A stretch of 64,000 bases of DNA. Source: Sedimentisphaerales bacterium. GTDB lineage: Bacteria; Planctomycetota; Phycisphaerae; Sedimentisphaerales; Anaerobacaceae. Made by a program: the position numbers and the translations under genes. Within the stretch, counting starts at the first letter, position 1; every line of letters begins with the position of its first letter. The stretch is from NCBI GenBank assembly GCA_963708075.1, contig OY970194.1:7451526-7515525 (forward strand), given 5' to 3'. Under the pieces are notes generated by a model. The model was not told the DNA's origin. It saw only the letters and a program-made list of their open reading frames with translations, and ran no database searches. Positions 10,327-20,451 of this stretch are shown here, in pieces.

Positions 10327-11234
10327 GGTTTGAGAAGATGGAAAGCCAGGAGGCAAGCAGGACTGTCATCACCTACTCCGGCGATACTCGCTGGTCGTAT
10401 CTGTGGGTCTTCTCGCTCCTTCCCGTCATGGGTGTGAGCGTGTGGATAGCCGACGTGACGGAGCATGCTTCCTCCACGATCATCCAGCTCATTCCTTTGA
10501 TTGTATTCATTCTTGGGGCCGTAGCCTGGGGTGCAGCGGGGGTGGTCCTGCAGGTAAGGTCGCGGCGGTATCTCAGGGTCGTGTTCACAATTCCCTGGAC
10601 TGAGCCAAAGAGCACCTGGGGCTCCCTCATGCGGCTGGAGTGCAGAAAGAAGGGCATCGCGGCGTGGCTCTGGCCGGGCCTCCGCGTGGGCCTGGTCGTC
10701 TCCGGTATCTTCACTGTGCTCTGGTTGTTGCGGTGAGTTGCCTCCTGGCTGAATCATAGCGTGCCCGTGCTTGACCCTGCCTGGGCTTTGATCATGGTGC
10801 CGCTCTTAACCATCACCATCGCGGGCCTGCTTTACCTGCTCAGCTATGTCGATGTAGTGACGTCGCGCAGGACCATCGGCCTGGGCCGCGAATGGATGGG
10901 ATACCTTCAGGGACGCCCGGGCAGAACGCTCTGGCCCTACGAGCAGGTTGCGGGCGTACGGTTTGAGTCAGCGCCGATGCGCGAGCAGGAGTGCAGGTTC
11001 ATGATCGTGACTCCGCACAAAGGCCGTGAGGTTGCCTTTGGCCTGTCGGACGAGGTGGACGTGTGCGAGGTCGCCGCCTTCCTCGCCGACAAAGGAGTAG
11101 AGGTTCTCGAAAGTCTGATCGTTGGCAGAGGCACGAAGCCTTCGGCGAACAACGAGGAACCAGCAACTGCCTTTTTTGCCACAGAGAGCTTGCCCTCGCG
11201 AAGGCGGGGGGCACCGAGGACACAGAGGAATTAG
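10323..11234 (+). pseudogene. Multi-TM paralogue of 9763..10326 with an in-frame TGA at 10734-10736
   Basis: ORFs 10323..10736 and 10761..11234 are in the same frame, separated by a single TGA. 'WTEPK' and 'YEQVAGVRF...VAAFLADKGVE' match the neighbouring paralogue. Confidence 0.55.
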
Positions 11235-12576
11235 CAGGATGGGCTCGTAGTCCACGCGGACTCGTTCCGGCGACGATGTTGGAACTGCCCATGAACGCTG
11301 ATAAACTCTTGTGAAACAGGGATTTACAGCCCACATCCGACGACTGGGTATCTGCAACCGTTCGGTGCCCCCTTGCCTTCCCGCCCGGCTGGGCCTATGA
11401 TAAGGGTATGGACTCGGAGACCGATGTAGTGTGTGTCACGCGGAAAAGGTTGCGGTTAATGATTTGTTTCTCGCCGTTTGCTGAATTGGATCTATCAAAA
11501 GCACCGACCATATATAGAGGAACCACTTCCGGGAAGCAGAGAGTGGTATTGTCCACCTATGGATTCCAATGAAAGGCCTATCAATGGAGCTTGAGAAAGC
11601 AATTCAGATGGCGCTCGATGGACGCGCTGTTCTCTTTGTGGGTGCAGGTTTTTCTCGGGGCGCGGTGAACCTCAATGGACAGCCATTCAAAAGCGGGCTT
11701 GAATTGGCTGCACATTTCGCGTCTCGGGCCTCGCTCCCATCGAGCAGCGGACTGGAGGACGCGTCCGAGGCTTTTGCAGAGGAACATGGGATAGATAAGT
11801 TAATAAGTGAGATACAGATTGAGTTTGGTGCAAGAGAGGTTGCGTCGTTTCATCGGGAGATAGTTGCGATCCCGTGGAAGCGAATATACACCACGAACTA
11901 CGACAACGTCGTCGAGCTCGCGTCACGTCTTCAAGGCAAGAGACTCAGCGCTGTAACGCTTGGGACTGACATATATAAGATGCCCAAGGATCACACGATC
12001 TGTATACATCTTAATGGGTATGCCGAGACCCTGGACCGCAATAAAATATGGACTGAACTCAAGCTTACGGAGAGCAGTTATGTCACTGCATCAATTGCAG
12101 ATACTCAGTGGGCAATGCTTTTCAGACAGGACTTGCGGCTGGCGAGAGCCATCTTCTTTGTGGGCTACTCAATTTCTGATCTGGACATCAAACGAATCCT
12201 TTTCGCGTCAGACATCTTAAAGGAGAAATGCTTCTTCTGTGTTGGTCCAGACCCTGATGAGATCATGTTGCGGCGCGTGGCGAAGTTTGGAACAGTGATG
12301 CGTAAATCAGCAGAGGAGTTCGCTGCGGAAATGCACACAGTTGCAGCCACATATGTGCCGGTGGTCAGCGCAGGATCATATCCTGTATCTCTTAAGGAAT
12401 ATCAGATAAGGACTCCGGGAACCCCAATTAGTGATAAAGCCTTTTTGGATCTTCTTCTATTGGGCGAGCGGACAGATGATCTAATTGCGGAATCCCTACG
12501 ATCAGGAAAGAGGTACCTCCTTGAGCGAAGCGCAGTCTCCGATGTGTTCCGGCACATCGACAAAGGGAAACGCGTA

Positions 12577-13728
12577 CTAAGTAGGTAGCCAAAAGTTTTC
12601 ACAGGAACGATTCTCTTCGCGTGTATGATGGGGTACATGCGAAGAACGAAGAGCGCCTCAGAACGTGGTTTCGATCGATATGATAAACATCGTCTTACGC
12701 GGGCCTTACAGGGGGTCGCTGACATTCGCACCTACCGGCGTATCGGAGCGATCCTGTTGGTGGCCCAGGGTCGGACGGTTCCGGAAGCAGCGCAGATCAC
12801 CGGGACCCGGCCGTGGAGCGTCTATCGCTGGGTGCGGGCCTATCTGCACACCCATTGTCCAGACCGCCTGCAGGACGCACCGCGTTCCGGACGGCCTCCG
12901 GTCGCCACGCCGATCACGGACGCCCGTCTGGTACGCGAGTTCCGCCGGGACCCGATGCGTTTGGGCTATCGCGCCACGGGTTGGACGGTGTCCTTGCTGG
13001 CAGATCACCTCCAGCAAAGGTACGGGTGTGCAATCTCGCCTCGTACCCTGCGGCGGCGGATGCGGGACTTGGATCTGCGGTGGAAACGTCCCCGGTATGT
13101 CTATGCGACCAAGGACCCGAACCGAGCCCAGAAAAAGGGGGCCTGGTTCGCCGCCTGAAACGGATGCCGGCGCTGGCGGTGCTGTTGTTTTCGGATGCGA
13201 CCATCCTCCGCTGGTTTCCGCCCTTGCGCTATGTGTGGGCGTTTCGCGGCGAACAGGCGCAGGTCAAGATCACGGGTCAAAACGACAAACGGGTTCTGTT
13301 CGGCACGATCAATCCACGAACCGGACACCGGGTGGTCCTGCGTCGGCCCCGCCAGCGGCAAGAGGACTTTCAAGCCTTCCTGCGGGAGTTGCGGCGACGG
13401 TATCCCGGACGCCCGATTTGGCTGTTGCTGGACAAGGCCTCTTTTCATCAGGCGATCAAAAGCCAACGACTGGCCACCCACTTGGAGGTGACCCTCTTGT
13501 GGTTGCCGAAGCAGTGCCCGGAACTGAACTCTCAGGATCATCTCTGGAAGGAGTTGAAACGGTTGATTGCGGCCAATCGCCAGTTCCAAACGATTGATGA
13601 TGAGGCGGCCTACGCGGAACAGTGGCTCTTGGGACTAACTGCGACCCAGGGCCTCCGCAAAGCCGGTGTCTTGTCGGCGGATTTCTGGCTCAAGGCTTTT
13701 GTGTGAAGACTTTTGGCTACCTACTTAG
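12577..13728 (+). mobile_element. IS630-family insertion sequence
   Basis: 27-bp terminal inverted repeats CTAAGTAGGTAGCCAAAAGT(T/C)TTCACA with 1 mismatch, and a TA duplication. The ends could equally be 12580..13725 with a CTAG target. Confidence 0.92.
12625..13706 (+). CDS. IS630 transposase, two ORFs joined by a probable -1 frameshift
   Basis: OrfA carries an HTH ('LQDAPRSGRPP', 'GWT...LADHL', 'LRWKRPR'). OrfB carries the DDE region ('LFSDA', 'LLLDKASFH', 'LPKQCPELN'). Slippery AAAAAGGGGG at 13132-13141. Confidence 0.9.
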
Positions 13729-15384
13729 TAGTATGTTCCGATCTAGGAAATGGTAAGAGCATGGCCATAGAGGCTCTGCGCGTTCGCGCAGTTGAACGCG
13801 GCTACAAGGTCTTTGATGTCTCTGATCATGGGGAAGGACTCGATGCGGAACTCCAAGCCATTGCCAGTTCTGGCGAGAAGGTCATCGTCATTATGGAGGA
13901 GTACCACAACTGGCTTGACGAGATCCGCGTGTTTCGCACGAATGCAAGCGATCAGGCTGTTCTCGTGCTTACTGCTCGAAACGCGATACACGATGTGTTG
14001 ATCGATGACTTGGCGACAATTTCCGGCGTTGACGAAGTATCTGAGGTGCCCGTTGACGTGCTCGACGAGCGGGAGATCGCATGGATTGTGGACTCACTGA
14101 ACGAGTACGGCCTCTGGGGGGATCGTGCAGGAGATAGCCGCTCTGAGAAAGTGAGGTTCATATCGGATGAGTGCAGAGGACAACTTCATGCTCTGTTGCT
14201 AAAGTTGCTTCATTCTCCGGATATTGGCAGACGCTTTAGCGCTCTCGTACAAGGTCTACAGAGCAAGGGTGAGAACTACCAAGTGTTGCTAAGCGTCTTT
14301 ATCATAACACTCCTTAATCACGGTCCGACACTGGACATCCTTGCCGATATATGGGGCGTCGACTTACTCAACAGCCCGCGATTCAAAAGAGATCCTGTCG
14401 TCAAGCAGTTGGTTGACTTCAACCAGTATGCAGTACTCGTTCGGTCTCCTACCGCGGCCGAGTACTTGCTCGGACATGCCGCTGATGCAGATGCCGTGGT
14501 CTCCGTGCTCACAAGGATGGTAGACCGTATGGCTAAAGGCGCAGGAGCTAGTCCAAGATATTACGAACTGTTCAAGAACCTGATGAGATATAGCAGCGTA
14601 CAGACGCTCTTACCGGAACAAGGGCGGAATCATGCGGTTATTCGGTACTACGAATCCGTTAAGAACCTTAATAGGTGCAAGTTCAATCCACTCTTTTGGC
14701 TCCAATACGCCATAGCTTGTCTGGTCATGAACGATCTCCCGCGTGCGCAGACATATTTTGATACGGCCTATTCGCTCGGCGTGAACCAGAACTTCGATAC
14801 ATTCCAGATCGACAACCACTTTGCGCGTTTCTTGCTAGTTCAGGCAATTCAGGACCTTGGCGCGGGATGCCATGGAGAACTTCCGCCGCGCAAGGGCAAT
14901 CATCAACAGGCAGATCCGCGATGAGCGGCGCCACTACCCATACCGTGTTGCTATTGCATATCAAAACATCATCGACCGTTTTGGGCCAGAGCTTACACCG
15001 ACAGAAGCAGTCGAGATTGCTCGGGCAGCCACGGATATCCTTGTCAGAATCGCGGGATTGCCTAGTGAACGCCGTCAACATCGCTATGTAGTGGAATGCG
15101 AGAAGTCACTAAAGTACGTTGTCGATAGATGTGGAGAACTCAGCAAGATCGACGGGTAGACATGGTCTGGTGGGACTGCACGGGGTCACACGCACAGCCT
15201 TCACCACGTGGGGTCGGGGGGCGTGTGTTCATTGTTTTCTATTGTCGTTCGAGCCTATAGTCTCGTTCATCGCAGGGCCAATGGCGGGCCGAGCGCACAG
15301 GGTTCAGGGTTCAGAGGCGGTGCCCACCTTACGGCTGTCGCCCGTGCTATGGCCCCGTATGAAGTCACGTGCTGTGCACGGGGG

Positions 15385-17706
15385 CTATGTGGGTTTGGTG
15401 GTGAAGTCGCCGGGACGCTCGCCGGTTTCCTGGGGGGCGGTGCGGTTTCGATTTTGGAACATGCGCAGGGCGAGGTAAACTACTGGGACTATGCCGCCTA
15501 TTATGAAGAGCAGGTCGCCGGGGAGGCGGAGCCATTCTAACGCGGTTACAAGACGCTGCTGGAAGAATTCGGGGGTGCGCGCGTGCCAGTAACCGTGCTC
15601 GAGACTGTCGTTGAATTGTAGGAAGCCGACCGGCACCAAATTAATGAAGACCATGGCGGCCAGGCCTATGTTCAGGCTCCAGAAAGAAATCTTCATGGCC
15701 CGGTCGCTGGCTCGGTCGCGCGGAATGAAATAGCGGGCGACGAACATGAAGAAGCCGATGGCGAGCATGCCGTAGACGCCCATCAACGCGGCGTGGCCGT
15801 GATTCGCGGTGAACTGCGTGCCGATCTCGTAGTAGCTCACAATCGGCAGATTGATCAGGAAGCCGAAGACGCCTGCGCCTAGGAAATTCCAGAAGCCGAC
15901 CGCGATCAGGAACATCACCGCCCATTTGTGCGGGAACTCTTCGCTTCGCGTGCCCAGCATGGATCGCTCCTCGGCGGGCGTGCCGAGTTGCATGAACCGC
16001 CAGGCCTCATAGGTCAGCAGGACCAGCGGGATCACCTCCATGGCGGAGAAGAACGCGCCGAGGGACATGTGCACGGCTGGGGCGCCGCTGAAGTACACGT
16101 GGTGCATCGTCCCGATCACGCCGCCCACGGAGTACAGGATCACGTCCAGGTAGATCACGACGGTCGCCACGGCTATCGGCACGATGCCGAGCAGCACGAA
16201 GATGTAGGCGACCATGATGGTCGTGAACAGCTCCAGGAAGTCCTCGACCCACAGGTGCACGACCCAGAACCGCCAGAAATCGGCCACGGCGTACGTCTGG
16301 TCCTTGCCGATGGCCAGACTGACGGCGTAGAACAGGGGGATCGACAGGGCGCTGTACAGGAACAGGTACGGCATGTTGCCCGGATGCTCGCCGCGAAGGC
16401 TGGGCCGGATTCCGCGTACGACGATCACCAGCCACAGCACCATGCCGACGATGAGGAGGATCTGCCACAATCGGCCCAAATCCAGATATTCCCAGCCCTG
16501 ATTGCCGAGCCAGAACCAGGGACCCTTAAGGCCGAAGTAACCTTTGATGCTGGCCGCCTCGCCGAGCAGGCTGGCGACCACGATGGCGACCAGGGCGATG
16601 AACATGATGAGGGCCAGGTTGCCCTGATGCTTCGGCTCTCGTTTGGAGATCATTGGGGCGATGAAGATGCCCATGGCGAGGAAGCTGGCCACGATGAAGA
16701 ACAGGGCCAGTTGCACGTGCCAGGTGCGCGTGAGATTGTAGGGGAGCCATTGGGCGACGATGGTGCCGAACATCCCGCCGGCCTCGGCGTGGTAGTGGGC
16801 GTTCGCGCCGCCGAGCAGACCCTGGGCCAGGAACAGGCCGGCGACGACGAGGAAGTACCAGGCGGTCATGCGCTGGGAATGGGTCAGGGCCACGCGCTCC
16901 GGCGGGGCCAGCATCACCTTTCGCTGGTCCTCGATGGCCTCACGATGCCAGCCGAGCCAGTTGTAGCGGCCGAAGGCAAAGAATACGACGCCGCTGCCAC
17001 AGAGCAGGGCCACGAGACTGATCGCGCTCCAGAGGATCGCCTGGCCGGTGGGAGCGTTGGCGACCATGGGCTCATCCGGCCAGTTGTTCGTGTAGGAGTA
17101 GTCCGTGCCCGGCCGCGTTGCGGCGCAGACCCAGGCGGCCCACGAGAGGAAAGCGGTCAGGTCGTGGATTTCCTGCGGGTCGCGAATATGGGGCCTGCGA
17201 AGACCCTCTTGCTGACCGATCGGCCCAAACCAGTCACGATAGTAGTTCATCATGGCTTGATAGGCGTGCACCTGCCCGGGCGTGTAGGCGATTGTCTGGG
17301 CGGCGGCGTCCCAGGTGTTGTTTTTCCACTCCGTCCGGACCCTCTCCCGGACTTGCGGGGACACGCCGCCCGTCTGGCCCTGTGAATAAAACGCCAGCAT
17401 CGCTTCACCGGCCTTGTGCAGGTACTCTGCGGTGAAATCGGGCCCGAGGTAAGCGCCGTGGCCGAAGATCGTGCCATGTTGCATCAGGCCGTACTTGCGG
17501 AACACCTGCTGGCCCGATTGAATGTCGCGGCCGGTGAAGATCACCTCGCCCTTGTCGCCCACGACCCTCTCCGGGACGGGCGGATGCTCCCTGTGGATCC
17601 TGTAGGCCATGATTCCCAGGACCGTGAACCCCACGAGGAATGTCAGGATCGCGATCTGGGCCCACCAATGAGAGATGACCATGCGTCTGCGAGGCGTATC
17701 CATCAT
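15385..17706 (-). CDS. norB: Quinol-dependent nitric oxide reductase (qNor)
   Basis: 773-aa single subunit with 'GHGAYLGPDFTAE', 'RTWHVQL', 'VVHLWVEDFLE', 'GTMHH' and 'HGHAALMGVYG'. Confidence 0.93.
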   Translation of the reverse strand: MMDTPRRRMVISHWWAQIAILTFLVGFTVLGIMAYRIHREHPPVPERVVGDKGEVIFTGRDIQSGQQVFRKYGLMQHGTIFGHGAYLGPDFTAEYLHKAGEAMLAFYSQGQTGGVSPQVRERVRTEWKNNTWDAAAQTIAYTPGQVHAYQAMMNYYRDWFGPIGQQEGLRRPHIRDPQEIHDLTAFLSWAAWVCAATRPGTDYSYTNNWPDEPMVANAPTGQAILWSAISLVALLCGSGVVFFAFGRYNWLGWHREAIEDQRKVMLAPPERVALTHSQRMTAWYFLVVAGLFLAQGLLGGANAHYHAEAGGMFGTIVAQWLPYNLTRTWHVQLALFFIVASFLAMGIFIAPMISKREPKHQGNLALIMFIALVAIVVASLLGEAASIKGYFGLKGPWFWLGNQGWEYLDLGRLWQILLIVGMVLWLVIVVRGIRPSLRGEHPGNMPYLFLYSALSIPLFYAVSLAIGKDQTYAVADFWRFWVVHLWVEDFLELFTTIMVAYIFVLLGIVPIAVATVVIYLDVILYSVGGVIGTMHHVYFSGAPAVHMSLGAFFSAMEVIPLVLLTYEAWRFMQLGTPAEERSMLGTRSEEFPHKWAVMFLIAVGFWNFLGAGVFGFLINLPIVSYYEIGTQFTANHGHAALMGVYGMLAIGFFMFVARYFIPRDRASDRAMKISFWSLNIGLAAMVFINLVPVGFLQFNDSLEHGYWHARTPEFFQQRLVTALEWLRLPGDLLFIIGGIVPVVYLALRMFQNRNRTAPQETGERPGDFTTKPT

Positions 17707-17855
17707 CTATCTCCCCAAATTCCCTGCCCGGGCATTCTCGGGACAGGCAGCAGGTGAATTGACAGGGAATTCTACAGTGTCCCGCTTAGGCGCAAATAAG
17801 CATTCTCCTTATTCTGCGGGTGCCTGGAACGCGTGATCCGCGTTGGAGCGGAGGA

Positions 17856-18131
17856 TCAGAACGCAACGCGGAAGTCCGTGAGCCGGCTGTTGCAGGGCAC
17901 AGGCTCGATTTGGGTGTTGCGGATGTAGCCGGCGAAGTAGTCCTGGATCTCGGCGATGCAGGTGTCGATGTCCTGTTCGGGGCCCTGGGCGAGCATCTCG
18001 ACGTCGCCATCGGGCAGGTTGCGCACGAAGCCGGTGAGATTGTAGCGCCGGGCGATGCGATGGGCGGTGTAGCGAAAGCCGACCCCCTGGACTTGGCCGC
18101 TGAAAAGGATGTGCCTTGCCGTTTGCTCCAT
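17856..18131 (-). CDS. acyP: Acylphosphatase
   Basis: 'GQVQGVGFRY' and 'GFVRNLPDGDVE'. Confidence 0.95.
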   Translation of the reverse strand: MEQTARHILFSGQVQGVGFRYTAHRIARRYNLTGFVRNLPDGDVEMLAQGPEQDIDTCIAEIQDYFAGYIRNTQIEPVPCNSRLTDFRVAF

Positions 18132-18323
18132 GTCCTATCGCCCGTTGCCTATTGACTAATTGCAGCCGGCCGCTATGCTTGGGCCGTAGTGTGCCTGCTT
18201 CGTTATCCTACTGTATGTATAGTAGCCAAGCAAGCTGGGTGGCACAAAGGTGGGTTGTGCAGGCCGCAGGGGCGGTTCAGAGGATGGGACATCGTTTCCC
18301 GACGGAACGGGAGTCATTGAATC

Positions 18324-20339
18324 GTGAATAGGAGAAGAAACGCCGCCGTTGCTCAAGTAGGCGAGCCGAAGGCAGGCGGGGACGGCCGGGGTCTGAAGAA
18401 GGTAAGAGGTGAGGAAGGTAAGAAGGTAAGACCAGGGTTGTGCCTGGCTCACCTTCTTCCCTTCTTACATTCCTACCTTCCAGCAACGCTGGGCTCCCGG
18501 CGGTGGCCGTTCATTCTAGCGTTGGCCGCCATCCTCGTGTCCCTCCCGGCAATCGGGGTCTTGCCGCTCAATGACGATCTGATCCACCGCGCGATGCTGG
18601 TCGGGCCCTCGTCCTCCACGCGAGGATTGTCGCAGGTGGGGCTCGTGCCGCCCGGGTCGGGACGTCTGGGCTCCGCTCTCTCCGGGCTTTTCGTTGCCGT
18701 GGACCCGCAGGAGAATCTCGAACGTCTCCGGGCCTACGGCGCGCTGCCGTGGTGGACATGTGAGGATCATCGGGTCGCGTTCTGGCGGCCTGTGGCGAGC
18801 TTCACGCACTGGCTGGATTACCGGCTGTTCCCGGGGTCCTTCACGCTGATGCACGTTCACAGCATTCTGTGGTTCTCGGCGGTGGTGTTGGCCGTAACAT
18901 TGCTGTATCGGCGTCTGATCGAGGTGAGCTGGGCGGCGGGTCTGGCGGGCCTGCTTTTCGTGCTCGACGACAGCGGCTATTTTCCCACGATGTGGGTCGC
19001 CAACCGCAATCTCCTGCTGTCCCTTTTCTTCGGCGTCCTGACGATCCTCGTCCACGACCGCTGGCGCAGGTTATCGCCTGCAAATTCGAAATTCGAGATT
19101 CGAGATTCGAGACTTGCCGGGGTTCTTGCTCCGTTGTGCTTGCTCGCTTCGGTTCTTTCGGCCGAAGCAGGGGTCGCGACGTTCGCTTACCTGTTCGCCT
19201 ATGAGGTCGCCCTGCAGCGCGGGCCTCGCCTGCGGCGCGCCTTTGCCCTGGTTCCGTCGCTGGCCGTCATCGTGCTTTGGCGGCTGTCCTATAGTCTCCA
19301 GGGCTACGGGGCGGACGGCGGCGAGTTCTACTTCGATCCGGGCCGGGAGCCCGTGGCGTACGCCTTGGCGGTGCTGCAGCGAGCCCCATTCCTGCTGGCC
19401 GGGCAATGGACGACGGTGCCTCCCGATCTGTACGGCTTTCTCCCTTCCACAAGCAAGGGATTGGTGTGGCTTCTGCTGGCCGCCGTGACGGTTCTGATCC
19501 CGCTCGCATTGCTGCCGTTTCTTCGAGCCAGCCGGCGGGCACGGTTCTGGCTGATAGGCATGTACGTCGCCGTGCTGCCGTTCTGTGCGACGATTCCCAT
19601 GAGCCGGTCACTGCTGTTTGTGGCCATCGGCGGGTTTGGCCTGATGGCCGAGGCCATCGCGGACTGGATCCGCCGGGCGGACTGGGTCCAGGGACTCGGC
19701 CGCAGCAGGGGGCTGGTGTATGCACTGATTCTTCTGGGTGCCGTGGCCAATCTGCCCTGGGCTGCCGTCACACGTGCATCGGCAGCGAGGGTCGCGGCTA
19801 CTCTGGAGGAACGGGTGGTCCGCACCGCCGCCCTGGACGCCGCCGACTGCCGGCCGGACCAGGACCTGGTCATTGTGAACGCCCCGAACCCTGTCTCCTG
19901 CCTGTACGATCCATACAAGATCGCCTGCGACGGCGAACCGCTGCCTCGGGGCATCCGTATGCTCGCGCCGGGATATGGCGCCGTCCGAGTGGTTCGGACC
20001 GGGCCTTGCCGGTTGATCGTCCGGGCTGTCTCCGATAGCCTGCTGGATTGTCAGCATGGGAAACGCATGGACTTTGTGTTCTTCTACCGTTATCTCAGCG
20101 ATGTGCGCGGAGCGGGCCATCCGTTGCTCGCCGGCCGGCACATTGCCGTGCCGCGCATGGACGTGGAGATCCTGGCCGTGGACGAACGAGGCTTTCCCAT
20201 GGAGATGGCCTGCGAATTCGATGTGCCCCTGGAGGATGCATCGCTGAAATGGCTCTTCTGGGACTGGGAGGAAGAACGATACAAACCCTTCACCGTGCCG
20301 CCCATCGGAGGGATGCACGAGCTGGTAGGGCCTTTCTGA
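18324..20339 (+). CDS. Polytopic membrane protein, GT-C glycosyltransferase-like; start uncertain
   Basis: About 11 hydrophobic segments; 'NDD' after the first TM; 'FWRPVAS...LDY.LF'; 'WVANRN'. The N-terminus overlaps GAAGGTAA repeats. Confidence 0.6.
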   Translation: MNRRRNAAVAQVGEPKAGGDGRGLKKVRGEEGKKVRPGLCLAHLLPFLHSYLPATLGSRRWPFILALAAILVSLPAIGVLPLNDDLIHRAMLVGPSSSTRGLSQVGLVPPGSGRLGSALSGLFVAVDPQENLERLRAYGALPWWTCEDHRVAFWRPVASFTHWLDYRLFPGSFTLMHVHSILWFSAVVLAVTLLYRRLIEVSWAAGLAGLLFVLDDSGYFPTMWVANRNLLLSLFFGVLTILVHDRWRRLSPANSKFEIRDSRLAGVLAPLCLLASVLSAEAGVATFAYLFAYEVALQRGPRLRRAFALVPSLAVIVLWRLSYSLQGYGADGGEFYFDPGREPVAYALAVLQRAPFLLAGQWTTVPPDLYGFLPSTSKGLVWLLLAAVTVLIPLALLPFLRASRRARFWLIGMYVAVLPFCATIPMSRSLLFVAIGGFGLMAEAIADWIRRADWVQGLGRSRGLVYALILLGAVANLPWAAVTRASAARVAATLEERVVRTAALDAADCRPDQDLVIVNAPNPVSCLYDPYKIACDGEPLPRGIRMLAPGYGAVRVVRTGPCRLIVRAVSDSLLDCQHGKRMDFVFFYRYLSDVRGAGHPLLAGRHIAVPRMDVEILAVDERGFPMEMACEFDVPLEDASLKWLFWDWEEERYKPFTVPPIGGMHELVGPF

Positions 20340-20451
20340 CCATTCCTTCCGTTTCTCACAGATTGGCATTCACGGATGACCTTGTAATCCTTATAATGCT
20401 TCATTTTGCAGAACTCGATTCCCAATGGGAGGAGATGAAAGACAGAACGTC

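Larger units (their letters stand above)
11584..15159 (+). pseudogene. SIR2-like NADase + P-loop NTPase + helical-repeat protein (candidate antiviral, Avs/STAND-like), interrupted by IS630 and with a frameshift at ~14860
   Basis: SIR2 motifs GAGFS, TTNYD, HLNG and VGYS. IS excision restores KRVLVVCSDLGNGKS (Walker A), followed by VIVIMEE (Walker B) and a TPR-like C-terminus 'PLFWLQYAIA'. About 810 aa when rebuilt. Confidence 0.85.

Noticed and set aside
10734..10736. Selenocysteine or stop-codon reassignment
   Set aside because: The context is a membrane helix with no redox motif, and TGA is used as a normal stop throughout the window.
15385..17706. Nitric oxide dismutase (Nod)
   Set aside because: The His-His metal ligands and the HLWVE motif are intact, as in ordinary qNor.
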